The notes beneath the pieces are model-generated. The model searched no databases. It was not told the DNA's origin and worked only from the letters and a program-made list of their open reading frames with translations. Shown one piece after another: positions 6,829-15,593 of a DNA stretch of 40,000 bases. The stretch's first letter is position 1, and every line of letters starts with the position of its first letter. This DNA is from Bacillus phage 031MP002. The stretch lies in the sequence record MN176224.1; one strand, given 5' to 3'. The position numbers and the translations under genes are program-made.

Positions 6829-8598
6829 TTATGCAACATAGAAGTTTTGTCCCACTATGTCACTTTCGTGTGTTTTGATCTGTTTGCGGTTGTATTTATT
6901 GCCATCCACAAGAGTGCCCACAGACTTTTCGGTCGTGATAGGTGCTGTCAAGTCCCTGCCGTTAGTGACAGCCACATCGTTACCTGTCATCCTGACACCC
7001 GTTGTGCCCTCAATATAGATTCCATATCCAAAATCAGCGTTGCGGGCTACTTTGACCGTGTTCCGCTCTACAGCGTGGAAAGAGCCGCCCTTCAAGTATA
7101 TCGCATATGTCGCTTTTGAATCGTGAATGACGTTGTCCTTGATGATATTTGTGTGTAGGTCAGCATAACCCATGATAGCAACGCCGCTGCCCATGTGGAA
7201 TGTGTTATCTGAGACTTCTAAATCAGACGAAGCATCCCAATGTACGCCGTAATTTTCCCCAGTGATGAAAAGAGTGTTCCCTTTGAACTTGGTTAACGTT
7301 GAATTCCCTACACTCAACCCTCCATCACCGTCATAAAGTGTATTCCCGCTGAAAACTGTCCGTTCTGAGTATGTTACCTGATAAGCGAAGTTGTCTGTGT
7401 TCCCTTCAGACTCATTGCCGATGACCGTAGTCTTCTTGGCGTAAAGCATTTTAATGTGTGTGCAGTCTGCGTCAATGCGGTTGCCTATTACTAGCGCACT
7501 AGTAGCCTGATAAACCTGAATGCCTACGGATTCAACGTCTTCAATCGTGTTTTTGGATACGAGGATACCCTTACCTTTGGCATTTATGCCGATATTGAAT
7601 CCTCGAATAGTGTTACCCTTGATGCTAGCCCTGTTACCTGTCTCCGTGCTGGACACACCTAATGAGTCTATGCCATATGGCTTCACAACACCCTCGTTTA
7701 TGATCTGATTATTGGTGATGGTTACATCTGTACTGTAGCCATAGCTGATAACGTCATCGACTTCATTGCCCTCGATGATGACCTTTCCTGCCGTAAATGA
7801 ACTGATAGCGCCTAGACCGTTGTTCTTGATTCGGCAGTTCCGAATGATCAGCTTGTAAGGATGGTCGTATTTAATGCCATTTTCCCCGAACCCTTCTAGG
7901 TCTATACCATATTCAGGTCGAGTTCCACCTACGCCGCCCGCTTCCTCAACGGTGCAGTCATCTACAAGCAACCCTTCACAGCCGTTAGTGGCAAGGCAAT
8001 TCCTGCGCCCTCTCATAAGGGTACACTTTTTGATTGTCACGTCTCTAGCGGGGATGTAGGTACTGCCTGCATAGTTCATCATGCCGTTGGCGGCAATCCA
8101 TATGTTATCCCCTGTACAGTCAGAGACAAACACGTTCTCGATATTGATATTCTTTGAGCCACGAATATGGATTCCATAACCCCACTCGTGCGTTTTGGTC
8201 TTTTCTTCGTGGTAGGTGTATGTGTGTTTGTAGCGGTCGCCTATAATTCTGCCGCCCTTCATGGTGATGTTCTCAGCGAGGTTGATATAAAAGAGTGAGT
8301 AGCCTACAGCGTCATTTTCAAGCACAAGGAATGTAGCTTCGGGGTGCATGTCCACGTCTAAGTTGGAAGGATTCCTTATGCCGCCGCCATATTCAGGTCT
8401 ACTACCAAAGTTGCTGACACAATCAATTTTATATACGCCTTTTGGGATGTATATTTCCCTGTACCCTTCAGCCGCCGCATAGTTCAAGGCATCGTTAAAA
8501 CCTTTAGTCGTTTCGGGTGGGTTAGTGCCGTCAGGGGAGATTCCCCAACGGTCACATTCTAATTCATATGTTTTGGTATTCATCATACAGTCCCCCAC
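6829..8598 (-). CDS. Right-handed beta-helix / pectate-lyase-like (tail-spike-type) protein
   Basis: N-terminal 'GFNDALNYAAAEGYREIYIPKGVYKI' followed by repeated parallel-beta-helix rungs ('GNTI...I.GN.I' pattern). Confidence 0.85.
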   Translation of the reverse strand: MGDCMMNTKTYELECDRWGISPDGTNPPETTKGFNDALNYAAAEGYREIYIPKGVYKIDCVSNFGSRPEYGGGIRNPSNLDVDMHPEATFLVLENDAVGYSLFYINLAENITMKGGRIIGDRYKHTYTYHEEKTKTHEWGYGIHIRGSKNINIENVFVSDCTGDNIWIAANGMMNYAGSTYIPARDVTIKKCTLMRGRRNCLATNGCEGLLVDDCTVEEAGGVGGTRPEYGIDLEGFGENGIKYDHPYKLIIRNCRIKNNGLGAISSFTAGKVIIEGNEVDDVISYGYSTDVTITNNQIINEGVVKPYGIDSLGVSSTETGNRASIKGNTIRGFNIGINAKGKGILVSKNTIEDVESVGIQVYQATSALVIGNRIDADCTHIKMLYAKKTTVIGNESEGNTDNFAYQVTYSERTVFSGNTLYDGDGGLSVGNSTLTKFKGNTLFITGENYGVHWDASSDLEVSDNTFHMGSGVAIMGYADLHTNIIKDNVIHDSKATYAIYLKGGSFHAVERNTVKVARNADFGYGIYIEGTTGVRMTGNDVAVTNGRDLTAPITTEKSVGTLVDGNKYNRKQIKTHESDIVGQNFYVA

Positions 8599-8897
8599 AT
8601 TCCGCTCTTGATTCCTTTGAGGATTCCTTTGTTCGTGCTAACGATATGGTCGTTTGGATTCACTGGGTCAGAATAATCGTTGCTGTTCCCCACAATAGTG
8701 ACTTCTTTTATAGAATTAGTTGGTATTACAAGGCTTTCTCCTACCACGTAGAACTTGTGCTTTTCAAGGTGGCGGGCTAGGTCATTCATCGCTTTGATGT
8801 TCGGTACTTCTTCCATGAACTCTAAGTGGTCTTGAACTTTTTGGATTCGTTCCCCGTCATAGTATGAGATCATCACGTACACTTCATATTTTTCCAT
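8583..8897 (-). CDS. Hypothetical protein
   Basis: 104 aa, compact overlap with neighbours in the reverse operon. Confidence 0.6.
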   Translation of the reverse strand: MEKYEVYVMISYYDGERIQKVQDHLEFMEEVPNIKAMNDLARHLEKHKFYVVGESLVIPTNSIKEVTIVGNSNDYSDPVNPNDHIVSTNKGILKGIKSGMWGTV

Positions 8898-9283
8898 TAT
8901 TCTTCATCCGCTCCTTCAGTGTATTCCTTCACTATTCTGAAAATATAAGCTGTTTCCCCTGCTGGCAGTGCGTCCTTTGCATTCTCAAAGTCTTCTTTTG
9001 CTTTTTTCATCGAGCCGTGAAACGCTATATCTCCGCTACCTGTGTCATAAACCATGAAAGGCTCACGTTTGTATAGTCGTCTTCTTGTTTCGTCAATCAA
9101 CTCAGCCCATCTGCTAGGCGCTAACTTTTTGATGCTGAGAATTGATGTTACGTGAATGACCGCTTCATCAGGAGCGCATTCTAAACCGTGAAACCGTTGA
9201 TCTAGTGCGTATTTGACCGCATTACTTACAATATCTTCATCCGTTACATGTACCGTGTGCAAATTCCCTGTGTTATCGCTCAT
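8897..9283 (-). CDS. Hypothetical protein
   Basis: 128 aa, start/stop overlap with the next reverse gene. Confidence 0.6.
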   Translation of the reverse strand: MSDNTGNLHTVHVTDEDIVSNAVKYALDQRFHGLECAPDEAVIHVTSILSIKKLAPSRWAELIDETRRRLYKREPFMVYDTGSGDIAFHGSMKKAKEDFENAKDALPAGETAYIFRIVKEYTEGADEE

Positions 9284-9296
9284 TTCCTCATTCCTC

Positions 9297-9563
9297 CTAG
9301 TGAATTGTGTGTGTTTTTTGCTCTAATACATCTGCCGCTATCTCTTCGTATGCTTGTCCTTCTAAGTCACGCAGACTAATCAGGAAAAAGTCATAACTCT
9401 CAGATGTGAAAATATCCTTCGATATGCGTGTGACGTATGCGTAGAAATCATGACCGTCAAAATAGCGGATTGACTTCATATAAGCAGAAGATTCCCGCAC
9501 ATACTGATAATCTAGCGCCCGCAGGAAGCGGGCACGCTGTTTCAATTCGGATAGTTTAATCAT
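9297..9563 (-). CDS. Small protein, paralog of the 9560-9802 product
   Basis: Shared N-terminus 'KLSELKQRARFLRALDYQY' versus 'RLSELKQRVRFLRGLGYKH'; overlapping tandem genes. Confidence 0.6.
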   Translation of the reverse strand: MIKLSELKQRARFLRALDYQYVRESSAYMKSIRYFDGHDFYAYVTRISKDIFTSESYDFFLISLRDLEGQAYEEIAADVLEQKTHTIH

Positions 9564-9802
9564 TGGATAAGCTCTCCTTCAGTCCCTAAATGATCAAGAC
9601 TAGCTGTCTCTAAATCCCATACCTGCCTAATGAAATAGTTTCGTTCTTCTTCAAAAATGATGTCTTTCGATACCTGCAAAGAGCAACAAAACTTCATTGA
9701 CTCAGAATACACATTGCGAAAGTACCCCATCGCTCTATTATGCTTGTACCCTAGACCCCGCAAGAAACGAACACGCTGTTTCAATTCAGATAGTCTTACC
9801 AT
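9560..9802 (-). CDS. Small protein, paralog of the 9297-9563 product (start trimmed to MVRLSELKQ)
   Basis: Same motif as neighbour; start overlaps the stop of the upstream GGCT-like gene. Confidence 0.55.
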   Translation of the reverse strand: MVRLSELKQRVRFLRGLGYKHNRAMGYFRNVYSESMKFCCSLQVSKDIIFEEERNYFIRQVWDLETASLDHLGTEGELIQ

Positions 9803-10326
9803 TTCCCAAACCTCTCTTCTAGCCCTAATGTGAGCCAATCCATTTCAAGTTCTGCATAATCAGAATACCGCTCATTCTTCTCAAATCGCTTCAAATTGCG
9901 TTTTAATTCCTCACGGTACTCTTTACTCAAATATTTGTTTGCGCCGCTCAGAATCAAATTCTGATACGTTTCTGAAGGTGCTATTTCTTCACGTGACTTG
10001 TTAACCACTTCGTAAGTCCATACATTCATGAGTTGCGGGTGAACCACACCTGCCACAATGCAAGCCCTTCGCCTTCTGTAAGCTTTCGGGCATCCTTCAC
10101 GAGCATCTAGTGCCGCTAGGTCTTGCACACGGAACACAACGCCCTCCACATAGTCACCTACACTGTGAACGATGTCAGCAACACCCCCTTTCCTGCCCCG
10201 TGAGTAGCGGGTGAACGCAAGGCGATAGTCATTTAGAACGCCCCGTGTCACTACTTCTGCGGGTGTAGTGCGCCGTAGGTCTTCGATGTCCATGCATGAG
10301 CCGTATGCAAAGTATAGATGGCTCAT
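9796..10326 (-). CDS. Gamma-glutamylcyclotransferase-like (GGCT/AIG2) protein
   Basis: 'LYFAYGSCMDIEDLRRTTPAEVVTRGVLNDYRLAFTRYS' (YGS motif), 'VEGVVFRVQDLAALDAREG', 'VWTYEVVNK'. Start assigned to MSHLYFAYGS. Confidence 0.8.
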   Translation of the reverse strand: MSHLYFAYGSCMDIEDLRRTTPAEVVTRGVLNDYRLAFTRYSRGRKGGVADIVHSVGDYVEGVVFRVQDLAALDAREGCPKAYRRRRACIVAGVVHPQLMNVWTYEVVNKSREEIAPSETYQNLILSGANKYLSKEYREELKRNLKRFEKNERYSDYAELEMDWLTLGLEERFGKW

Positions 10327-10604
10327 TCTGTAGCCCCTCTTCCAAGGAAGAAGTTGATACGCCATTGGTTATTCATCCCCATAGTGCTGATCATTACTTT
10401 GCCGCCGTGTTTTCGGATGATGTTGGCTACAATATCCTTATCACGATAATCGCTCAGTGTTGCAATGAACGGATATGACCCGAACAGTTCGTCTTGCGTC
10501 TGTCTCGCTTTGTCCTGATTAATTCTTGTGAAACCAAAAGTGCGTGCCATGTCAATAGATACCTTGATTTTCCTAGCTATCATGATTGATTCGATTTTCT
10601 CCAT
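10323..10604 (-). CDS. Hypothetical protein, first gene of the reverse operon
   Basis: 93 aa, RBS-like AAAGGGATTGAGG upstream on the minus strand, promoter at 10637-10665. Confidence 0.6.
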   Translation of the reverse strand: MEKIESIMIARKIKVSIDMARTFGFTRINQDKARQTQDELFGSYPFIATLSDYRDKDIVANIIRKHGGKVMISTMGMNNQWRINFFLGRGATE

Positions 10605-10636
10605 TACCTCAATCCCTTTCCGCTTGGTATGAACCC

Positions 10637-10665
10637 ATAATACAATAGTATTTTACTTCAGTCAA
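10637..10665 (-). promoter_or_regulatory. Reverse promoter with TTGACTGAAGTAAA element for the GGCT/beta-helix operon
   Basis: TTGACT (10660-10665), 17-nt spacer, TATTAT (10637-10642) read on the minus strand. Confidence 0.8.
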
Positions 10666-10704
10666 CTATTTTATGCAAAATACTTTTAAATTATTGATTG
10701 GGGT

Positions 10705-10761
10705 AAAGTTTTTCATTGTCGGAAAACTTTGGGTTGTGGTAAAATTGTCGTGTACTATAAT
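10705..10761 (+). promoter_or_regulatory. Forward promoter for the capsid operon with an upstream inverted repeat
   Basis: AAAGTTTT (10705-10712)/AAAACTTT (10723-10730) IR, TTGTGG (10734-10739), 16-nt spacer, TATAAT (10756-10761). Confidence 0.5.
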
Positions 10762-10876
10762 AACGTCCAAACTATGTTATGACGGGGTTCGGGCATTCGA
10801 ACCTGAGTGAAACTGCCATAAGACATAAACACCCTTCGTTCACGGGTAAAAAGTGGACAGGAAAGGAGAGGGAAAT

Positions 10877-11599
10877 ATGGACTTCAATACTTATATCCGC
10901 ACAATTTCAAGCGGACGTGGCTTCCAACCGTTGTTATCCGCAGACCAAGGCGGCGGCGGTGGTGAAGGCGGCACTGATAACCCATCTGACAACAACACAG
11001 GGGGCGAAGGTGGTCAAAGCGGTGCGGGCGACCAATCAAACAGCCTTGATCTTGACACACTGATGAAAGACCCCGTGTTCAAAGCCCAGTATGAAGAGCG
11101 CTTGAAACAACAAATGTCAAAGCGTTTAAAGAAATACGAAGGCATTGACCCTGAAGAGTACAAAGCACTGAAAGCGAAGGAAGAACAACAGGCGCAGGCG
11201 AATATGACGGAAGCTGAGAAACTTCAGAAAGAACTTGAAGCATACAAGCAGAGAGAACAACAGCTTGAAGAAACTCAGAAAGAAATTGCCGTCAAAGAAT
11301 TCGCATTCGCTAACGGTCACGACCCGAAACTTTTAAGTCGTTTAATCGACACTTCAGGTTTGACGAAGGGCGAAGATGGTAAGTATCAAGGCTTGTCTGA
11401 AGCTTTCGAACAAGTAAGAGCCGAATTCCCGCAATTGTTTCCGTCAGAGGATGAATCTAATTCACAAGCTGACGAAACTCATAAAAGCGGCGGCGGTGCT
11501 TATAAACTGCCGAAACAAAATGGAAACCCTGAGAAGAAAAAGGACAAGTACAGTTCAGGGAAAGCCCGTGCCCAAGCGAGACACGGACAACAAAATTAA
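10877..11599 (+). CDS. Phage scaffold protein (DUF4355-like)
   Basis: Long charged coiled coil, Gly/Asp-rich N-terminus, immediately before decoration and MCP genes; start after GGAAAGGAGAGGG RBS. Confidence 0.75.
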   Translation: MDFNTYIRTISSGRGFQPLLSADQGGGGGEGGTDNPSDNNTGGEGGQSGAGDQSNSLDLDTLMKDPVFKAQYEERLKQQMSKRLKKYEGIDPEEYKALKAKEEQQAQANMTEAEKLQKELEAYKQREQQLEETQKEIAVKEFAFANGHDPKLLSRLIDTSGLTKGEDGKYQGLSEAFEQVRAEFPQLFPSEDESNSQADETHKSGGGAYKLPKQNGNPEKKKDKYSSGKARAQARHGQQN

Positions 11600-11608
11600 T
11601 AGGAGGTT

Positions 11609-11986
11609 ATGAAGATGAATCTTCAACCACGCACACAGGACATCACAGTTCAACGAGAGTTCTTGTTTCAAACTTCAGGACTCATTCACAAGGTCGGCAA
11701 CGTCACTTTGGACGCTTCACAATTCACTGCGGGTGTAGTTAAAGCGGGAACTGTAGTAGTAGAAGGCGCTAACGGTCTATCTACACCATACAATGACGCT
11801 ACTTTCGGCACTGAAGGTGGACAAGCTGGAACAGTTTACGTCACTGCAAATGACGTAGAGATCAAGGACGGTCAAAACGTTCAAATCGGCGCTATTGAAG
11901 AAGCTTTCTTGCGTGCTGACCGCATCACAAACGGCGGTGCGAACCTAGAAGCTAATTCAGGATACCGCTACAAACTTCGTGGCTAA
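11609..11986 (+). CDS. Probable head decoration / small capsid protein
   Basis: 125 aa beta-rich protein between scaffold and major capsid genes. Confidence 0.6.
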   Translation: MKMNLQPRTQDITVQREFLFQTSGLIHKVGNVTLDASQFTAGVVKAGTVVVEGANGLSTPYNDATFGTEGGQAGTVYVTANDVEIKDGQNVQIGAIEEAFLRADRITNGGANLEANSGYRYKLRG

Positions 11987-12037
11987 TAGAATACTAGCCC
12001 GATAGTAAAATAAAAACGAAAATCAGGAGGAAAGACT

Positions 12038-13021
12038 ATGCTTACTTTAGATGAATTCCAAGGCGAAGAGTTTCAAGGCTATATCGAAAATGTACCGCCT
12101 GCACGTAACTACATCCTTTCAAAATTCTTACCTGCGAAAAAGGTTTATGACCTAGAATTCGCATACAACGTAATCAATAAAACATACTCACGTACTGCGT
12201 CAATCACAGGTTTTGATTCTGATGTGCCGCTTCGTGATAAAGACGGCTTATCCCAAGCTTTCGGTGAAGTCGCAAAGGTTATGCACGGTTTCCGTGTAAG
12301 CGAGAAAGAACTTCTTCGCTTCATCAACCCACGTGCCAACACTGACGAAGAAAAAGAAGCCGTTGAGTATGTATACGACCAAACTGACAACCTCATTCAA
12401 GGTGTTTATGACATCGAGGAATGGATGAGAGCGCAAGTTCTTTACAAAGGGCAATTGGTTTATGATGAAAACGGTGTGGTATTGGACATTGATTTCAATA
12501 TCCCTACTGCCAACAAAATGACTGCCGCTACTGCTTGGAACGCTACAGGCGCTACGCCATTACGTGACATTCAAGCATTGGTGAAACAGTACCGCAAAGC
12601 AAACCAAAACAACAAACCTGTGGAAATCCACATTTCTGAAGCGGTATGGTATGACTTGCTTTCTTCTAGTGAAGTCATCCGTCAAGTATACGGTGAAACA
12701 ACAGACCGCCCGCTAGTAACAGAAGAGCAATTGAACGCTGTTCTTACTGGACTACGCTTGCCACGTCTTGTCGTTCAAGATATGCAAGTTGACAACGGTA
12801 ACGGAGCGGAAGACCTTCTTCCTGAACGCCGTATCGTAGCATTCGGTGAAGGTGAAGTCGGTAAAACATTCTATGGACCGACAGTCGAGAAAAACTTCCA
12901 ACCAGGAATGTTTGTCCAAACAAAAATCGAGAACAAGCCGCCTAAACAAGAAGTATGGGTAGGGGAAACAATCTTCCCAGCACTTCAAAAGCCACAAGCT
13001 ATTGTTTGGATGGATGTATAA
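12038..13021 (+). CDS. Major capsid protein (protein E / HK97-fold family)
   Basis: 'LDEFQGEEFQGYIENVPPARNYILSKFLPAKKVYDLEFAYNVINKTYSRTASITGFDSDVPLRDKDG'; position after scaffold. Confidence 0.88.
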   Translation: MLTLDEFQGEEFQGYIENVPPARNYILSKFLPAKKVYDLEFAYNVINKTYSRTASITGFDSDVPLRDKDGLSQAFGEVAKVMHGFRVSEKELLRFINPRANTDEEKEAVEYVYDQTDNLIQGVYDIEEWMRAQVLYKGQLVYDENGVVLDIDFNIPTANKMTAATAWNATGATPLRDIQALVKQYRKANQNNKPVEIHISEAVWYDLLSSSEVIRQVYGETTDRPLVTEEQLNAVLTGLRLPRLVVQDMQVDNGNGAEDLLPERRIVAFGEGEVGKTFYGPTVEKNFQPGMFVQTKIENKPPKQEVWVGETIFPALQKPQAIVWMDV

Positions 13022-13138
13022 GAGCCTGATTCTTTCAGGCTTTTAGCCTATCACTGAGGGGTGAGGTAAATGGCGAGGAATCAAACACGCAAGTCAAACC
13101 CTAAACAAAGATAATCAAAATCGAAAGGATGACAAACC

Positions 13139-13372
13139 ATGGCAAAAGCAACTAAAAAAACTTACAAAGCTAAATCAGTTATTGTTTCTGAAGGTGTAGC
13201 TTATCAGCCTAATGAAAAAGTGGAACTCACTGACGATCAAGCGAAACGTCTTCTTGAACTAGAAGCGATTGAAGCGGCTGAAGAAGAAGCAGAAGCTGTT
13301 CAAGCTGAAGTACAAGCTGAAGCGGAAGAAGAAGCCGCTGAAGAGAAGCCGTCTAAAAACAAAAAGAAATAA
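13139..13372 (+). CDS. Small acidic/lysine-rich protein
   Basis: 77 aa, 'EAAEEEAEAVQAEVQAEAEEEAAEEKPSKNKKK'; GAAAGGAT RBS. Confidence 0.65.
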   Translation: MAKATKKTYKAKSVIVSEGVAYQPNEKVELTDDQAKRLLELEAIEAAEEEAEAVQAEVQAEAEEEAAEEKPSKNKKK

Positions 13373-13391
13373 CCTGAAGGGATGAGGGCGC

Positions 13392-13751
13392 ATGGAGATC
13401 AGCGAGGTTAGGGACTATCTTTCTAAACTGCCTGAAGCCATGACAGCCGCATTTTCGGGTCTTTCTGCTGAAGAACAGGACAAGCAAATTTTCGCCGCTC
13501 TCGAACTGCTTGGTGACAACTATAGAACAGATGTCATCACGGCACGGGCGGCGGCTTTGCAATTGCTCTTCACACTGGAAGGTGATGACGAAGAGTATGC
13601 GAGGTTAAAACGCCACGGGGTGCAATCCTTTTCAACAAAGGGCGTTTCCGTTTCGTTTGGTAGCCTTGACGCTCTTTCACCTGAAGTAAGGCGTATTCTT
13701 GGAGAACCCACAAAAGGCAGTGACAGTGTCTTTGTAGGGCGGTTGATATAA
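13392..13751 (+). CDS. Head-tail connector protein
   Basis: 119 aa, position directly downstream of the capsid block; overlaps the next gene. Confidence 0.55.
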   Translation: MEISEVRDYLSKLPEAMTAAFSGLSAEEQDKQIFAALELLGDNYRTDVITARAAALQLLFTLEGDDEEYARLKRHGVQSFSTKGVSVSFGSLDALSPEVRRILGEPTKGSDSVFVGRLI

Positions 13752-14077
13752 TGCGACCTCCTATGAGACAAGAAGCTATCATTTTCTTTGAAGACAGAAC
13801 TAAGCCTACAGACAGGCACGGCAAGTATCCCGAAACCGTCACCCGCACTAAAGCAAGGGTGAAGTTCACCACTGTGGTAGTGGAGGATGTGAACGGTGTA
13901 GACAGACAAGCCCGCCTAGAAGTGGACTTACCGCCTGACATTGATCTATACAATGGGATTCGAATAAAAGCCCGTGACCCATTAGGGGAATGGCATGAAG
14001 CTGAAGTAGTCAACATAGACGACAGCTTGACCCTAGCAGGGAATCGTTTGCTGTTCAGGACGGTTCTTTGTGCCTAG
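13751..14077 (+). CDS. Head closure / head-tail joining protein
   Basis: 108 aa, 'RDPLGEWHEAEVVNIDDSLTLAGNRLLFRTVLCA'; syntenic position. Confidence 0.55.
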   Translation: MRPPMRQEAIIFFEDRTKPTDRHGKYPETVTRTKARVKFTTVVVEDVNGVDRQARLEVDLPPDIDLYNGIRIKARDPLGEWHEAEVVNIDDSLTLAGNRLLFRTVLCA

Positions 14078-14558
14078 ACGTGGGGAATTCATTAACGTTG
14101 AATGGACAGGGCTAGACGAACTCATAGATGAATACGGGCGAATAGAACAAGCATTCATGCGAGTGTTGGAAGAAGAGTACAGGAAGTACGGTCTTCTATT
14201 AGAAGAAGGCGGGAAAGCATTAGCGCCTGAAGACAGCGGCGACCTTGCCGCTTCTATACGATTCTCAGGCATACGCATGAGTGGTTCTGGACTCGAAGGT
14301 GATGTAGGGACGAATCTAGTGTACGCTTTGCGGCGGCACGAAGAGCCTTACAGACGGGGTTCTTACCCAAAATACGAGAGAGGTAGCAAGTTCCCCAATT
14401 ACTATGTCAATGGTAGAGGGGCGACTACAAGGCGCAAGTCTTGGAAAGGCTACCCTGCTGGCAGGAAGTACCTTGCAAATGCGGTGAAGGCTACAGAGGA
14501 TTACTATAACGAAATGTTAGAACGAATTCTCGAAAGGACGATAAACGGGAGACGATGA
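14070..14558 (+). CDS. HK97 gp10-like putative tail-component protein
   Basis: 'APEDSGDLAASIRFS...VGTNLVYALRRHEEPY...KSWKGYPAGRKYLANAVKA' typical gp10 pattern. Confidence 0.75.
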   Translation: MPRRGEFINVEWTGLDELIDEYGRIEQAFMRVLEEEYRKYGLLLEEGGKALAPEDSGDLAASIRFSGIRMSGSGLEGDVGTNLVYALRRHEEPYRRGSYPKYERGSKFPNYYVNGRGATTRRKSWKGYPAGRKYLANAVKATEDYYNEMLERILERTINGRR

Positions 14559-14561
14559 CCC

Positions 14562-14948
14562 ATGATTGAAGGATTCTTCAGGGAGCGGCTAGAAGTAGCC
14601 TTCCCACAATTGAAATGGTCTGAGAACAACTATGTGGAGCAAGACCATACAGGGACTATCTACAAAGAAGCAGGCGGCACGCCTGACATCTATGAAACAG
14701 GTTTACAGTTCCCGTATTACATGGTCTTTATTCGATCTAGCGACTTCGACCTTGCACAAAGGGCGGCTGAAGGCTCAGTAGAAATCTTCCACCGCATGAA
14801 AGAAGAAGAGTATACAAATTACAACGGTGACACATATGAGATCATTTTCATTGAAGCTACAGCAGATGCAACTCGCATAGGCAGGGATGAGAGTTTAATG
14901 GAATGGTCATCTAATTTTAAAGTGACTTTAAGGAGGAAAAATACATGA
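14562..14948 (+). CDS. Tail completion / minor capsid protein
   Basis: 128 aa, syntenic position upstream of the tail tube gene. Confidence 0.55.
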   Translation: MIEGFFRERLEVAFPQLKWSENNYVEQDHTGTIYKEAGGTPDIYETGLQFPYYMVFIRSSDFDLAQRAAEGSVEIFHRMKEEEYTNYNGDTYEIIFIEATADATRIGRDESLMEWSSNFKVTLRRKNT

Positions 14949-15511
14949 AAATCCCTTTCGGTTTAGCTGACATCACTATCGGAACAGGTGAAACAGCTAT
15001 CAAGTTTGACGGCGAAAACCTTTTCCAAGCGGACGCCGCTGAAATCTCAATCGAACCAATTTTGGAAGCTGTTAACGTAGCTGACTTTGGTGACACTGAC
15101 TATGATGACTTCATCAATGGTTACTCAGGTGAAATCACAATCGTTGCGGCACAACACACTTTAGAACTCATGACCGTATCAATGGCTTACGCCAACAAGA
15201 TCATGAGCGCAGACAACGCTACACAAGTAGGTTTGACTGACTCACGTATCGGAACTTCTATGCGTGAGCGTGGCTTGCCAATGACAATCCACCCGCGTGA
15301 AATGGAAGACGACACTTCACTAGACTTCCACTTATATAAAGTGGCTTCAGTTGGTGAGTACAGCCGTTCATACGCTAATGAACAGGGTAACAACGAATTA
15401 ACATTCAAAATGTACCCACGTGATGGCGCAAAAGCGAACAGCGGTTCAAACTTCTACTATGTAGGAGACGTAGACCCTAACGCCCCTGCACCTACTGAGC
15501 CTACTGCATAA
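14945..15511 (+). CDS. Major tail (tube) protein
   Basis: 188 aa beta-rich protein directly before the tail assembly chaperone pair; followed by a terminator. Confidence 0.7.
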   Translation: MKIPFGLADITIGTGETAIKFDGENLFQADAAEISIEPILEAVNVADFGDTDYDDFINGYSGEITIVAAQHTLELMTVSMAYANKIMSADNATQVGLTDSRIGTSMRERGLPMTIHPREMEDDTSLDFHLYKVASVGEYSRSYANEQGNNELTFKMYPRDGAKANSGSNFYYVGDVDPNAPAPTEPTA

Positions 15512-15534
15512 CTAGCAAAATAGTAAGAAAAAAG

Positions 15535-15565
15535 AGGGGTTAGGCTGACGCCTTGCCCCTTTTTT
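15535..15565 (+). terminator. Terminator/attenuator after the tail tube gene
   Basis: AGGGGTTAGGC-TGAC-GCCTTGCCCCT hairpin with TTTTTT. Confidence 0.75.
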
Positions 15566-15593
15566 GTTGTAAAATATAAGTATATTAAAAATA

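Noticed and set aside
6817-7119. 100-aa plus-strand ORF opposite the 3' end of the beta-helix gene
   Set aside because: Shadow ORF with no domain-like sequence; the minus-strand gene is clearly the coding one.
10786-10803. GGTTCGGGCATTCGAACC resembles a tRNA T-arm
   Set aside because: No acceptor, D or anticodon arm around it on either strand; treated as a leader hairpin.
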